Assembly: GCF_031769215.1 (NCBI RefSeq)
Contig: NW_026782112.1
Location: forward strand, 310,001-374,000
Length of the DNA: 64,000 nucleotides
Source of the DNA: Ylistrum balloti
Lineage: Eukaryota
Direction: 5' to 3'
Shown: positions 61,546 through 64,000 of the stretch, piece after piece
Layout of the letters: each line of letters starts with the position of its first letter
Position numbering within the stretch: position 1 is the first letter of the stretch
Position numbers and translations under genes: made by a program
Notes under the pieces: generated by a model
The model's input: only the letters and a program-made list of their open reading frames with translations
Database searches by the model: none
Told to the model about the DNA's origin: nothing

Positions 61546-61670
61546 TATCATATCTTACCTTATTTTTTTTAATCGAATATGAGTTTGGTTTAGAACTGAA
61601 TATTGTTTGTAAATGTTTTGTTGACTTGATTGTTATCATGATAAGCACTGTCACATTTTATTCCGACCTG

Positions 61671-62600
61671 TATGAGGGCTGACTGATAAGCTGTGAACCA
61701 TGCATTGAAGAAGATAAAAAATATTTTAGCTCTATAATTTCCTGACTTTTTAAGGCTGTGTACCCGCAGACGGGTGTCATTTGGTCAGTTTAAGTCATGT
61801 GCAATAGTGAAAAGTGAATGGCGGAATTATTTAAGCGTGGCGGGCACAGTCGTGGTGATGACCTCGTCCTGAAAGGCCTGGCACTACTGCAACCCCATAT
61901 GTAGTCAATAACGTCCGTGATATTTTTATGGCTGACAGGCAAGTTATAGAGAGATATGCAGCCAGTGCATTGGGATTTCACAGAAAAGGCGGGCTTTGTT
62001 GTGTGTTTATCTGAATCTTTTATAGGCAGATCTTTCTGCAGAAATTTTCGACTATGAATGAAACGAAGGCCCGTCATTTTACCACGGAGGCCACAGAACA
62101 GTCAAGACAATGGAAACATACTGGTTGACCCTACCAAATAAAGCAAAGACTGTTCCATCAGCTGGAAAGGTTATTACCTCGGTTTTCTGGGCTGCTTACA
62201 GTATTCTGATTGAAGACTATCTTTAAAAGGGAAGAACAGGCAATGACAAATATTATGAACCAATTCTTAGACAGTTAAGAGAAAACATTAAACTCGAGTG
62301 CCGCAGAAACTCCGTAAAGGTGTATAGTTCTATTAGGACCATGTCCCTGTTTATTAAAATAGCTGTCATTAATTAACAATTGTTGCTTTTAATTGATTGA
62401 TCATCCGCTTGATTCGCCTGGTCTCTTTCCATCACACGCTCATACATTTGCAAAATTGGAAAAGGCCTCTTCCGATAACCACTTCCTTCAGATAATGACG
62501 CCATACATGCAGTTGAGGACTTCTCCAAAAGTGGCATTGGAGCACTTAAGCATCATATTAGGTTTCTAAACACGTTTTGGGGAAAGACGTTCACCCTAGG
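61671..62600 (+). mobile_element. Degenerate mariner (DD34D) transposon
   Basis: Gives FKRG...DD.R..RP, TMNET (62051-62065; decayed T.DET), EQSRQWKH, KAKTVPSAGKVITSVFW and HPL.SP (decayed HPPYSPDLAPSD). TA+TGAGGGCTGACTGATAAG at 61671 resembles a mariner left TIR; the right TIR is not clear. Confidence 0.88.
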
Positions 62601-64000
62601 TCACACCATAGCAAGGATCATATGAACTATGAAAAGTTAATATGTGAAAATTAAATTATTTAAAAATTGTGATAGATATGAGTAAGATATTTCATCATAA
62701 TGTATCTGCCTTTGTTAATTTATTACTGACATCTGCTGTGAACAATTATATATTGACCAGTGGCCAGTGGCATTCTGTCGTTGCTGATCGACTACACATG
62801 TGCATGTATTATTTCGTTCCCTGATTATATAAGTCATTACCTGAAGCATATCTAAGCAGTCTGCATGAAGATCAGTGTAACCTTATCTTGTTGTAAACAT
62901 CCGGATCTATTGCCATTTATGTGAGCAAGGCCATGTTAATAACTCATGTATTATTCAATACTTGGTTACCTGTTAGCTAATGTGTTTTAATACTTTATAA
63001 GTTAAAGAACATGGCTAGTATATTTCTGGTCAGTAGGTAACGGTTCCTGAGGGCATGTGAGTGTTCCATCTCCCCATAGCCTACATCACAATAAACCTAC
63101 AACATCCGAACAACCTTTGGATTTCTTCATCTCCACTCATCATCACACGAAACAAACTTCATTTTACATAAACTAGGTCATAGTACAGGCCTTAAGTGAC
63201 TTTTGGATTTTTAAACATAGAGATAACTAAGGAACTACAAATAACACGCAACAACGATTTAATTAGGATGTGGGCAAACTAAGGTATACGGCGATAAAGA
63301 GCCTTTTATTACCGATATCCGCTGTCACCTGCCCTTCTGATGTGTTACAATGAATAGTCAAGTAACAAAGTAATGAAGCGATGATATTAATTGTCGCCAA
63401 AATAAGATTACCGTGTATAACATCAAAAATTAATCTGCGTAGGAAATACTGATAGGTTTTTACTGCAAGTTAATCTTCTAATATAAGCAGGTGCGTCGCT
63501 GAAACTAAAAACCTCGATGGAACCATTAATAGGCCATTAACCTAATTTGAAAAAGTAATTCCGCTAGTAGTCCGTTCAAATATAGTTTCGTGTATAAGTA
63601 CATGTGGAACAAACCTATAACTTTTTATGTTCGCTTTTCTCTTTGATAACTTAGAGTTTTAAGGATTTATTGTTTTGTTTATCTTATTGTAGTAGATAAC
63701 GTTCATGTGTTTTTCAGCTTTTACATGTCATTTCCATTATGGCAAGTAATCTAGCCAGCGTTGGGCATTCTTTATAAAAAAATATAAGACATTATCATCA
63801 GGCATTATCATTTAAGCATTGTTTTATGATCGGGATTTCTTAAATTTTGCAATCCATTATTAATGCAAGATATGTAAGACGCCATTTATATCTTCCCTGT
63901 TCTTTTGGAACATTTTCTTCGGGTTTGTAATGTTGTTAGAATAGAAGTTCTTATAACACAACCAGTATTAGAGTGTGAAGTTGCAATTCGTACACGGTCA

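Overview
AT-rich eukaryotic genomic DNA with spliceosomal introns. The repeat content suggests a bivalve mollusc, probably oyster-like (inference). All four reconstructable protein genes are on the minus strand. (1) An 11-exon gene, CDS 18074->6192, 670 aa, with a consistent chain of splice phases. It encodes an acidic N-terminus, a ZU5/UPA-like middle and a C-terminal death domain (DTHD1-like architecture). (2) Three tandem paralogues of a small N-terminally membrane-anchored protein with a beta-rich/poly-Asn juxtamembrane segment. Two end in PPxY motifs; the third stops before the PPxY tail. An 11.6-kb 14-bp satellite with nested higher-order repeats and a 246-N gap separate the two loci. 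Decayed transposons are present: Tc1, mariner, a Penelope-like RT, V-domain SINE-like and Helentron/HINE-like pieces, plus several minisatellites. The most unusual signal is a dispersed ~150-200-bp element found 8 times. Its consensus folds as a minimal type I hammerhead ribozyme (GCATCA-CTGACGA-GTCC-TAGAA-GGAC-GAAA-C-AGCT-G-TA^TGATGC). All 8 copies read on the minus (gene-sense) strand, several lie shortly upstream of splice acceptors, and each carries a different inactivating lesion. All coordinates and translations were worked out by hand, and repeat boundaries are approximate.
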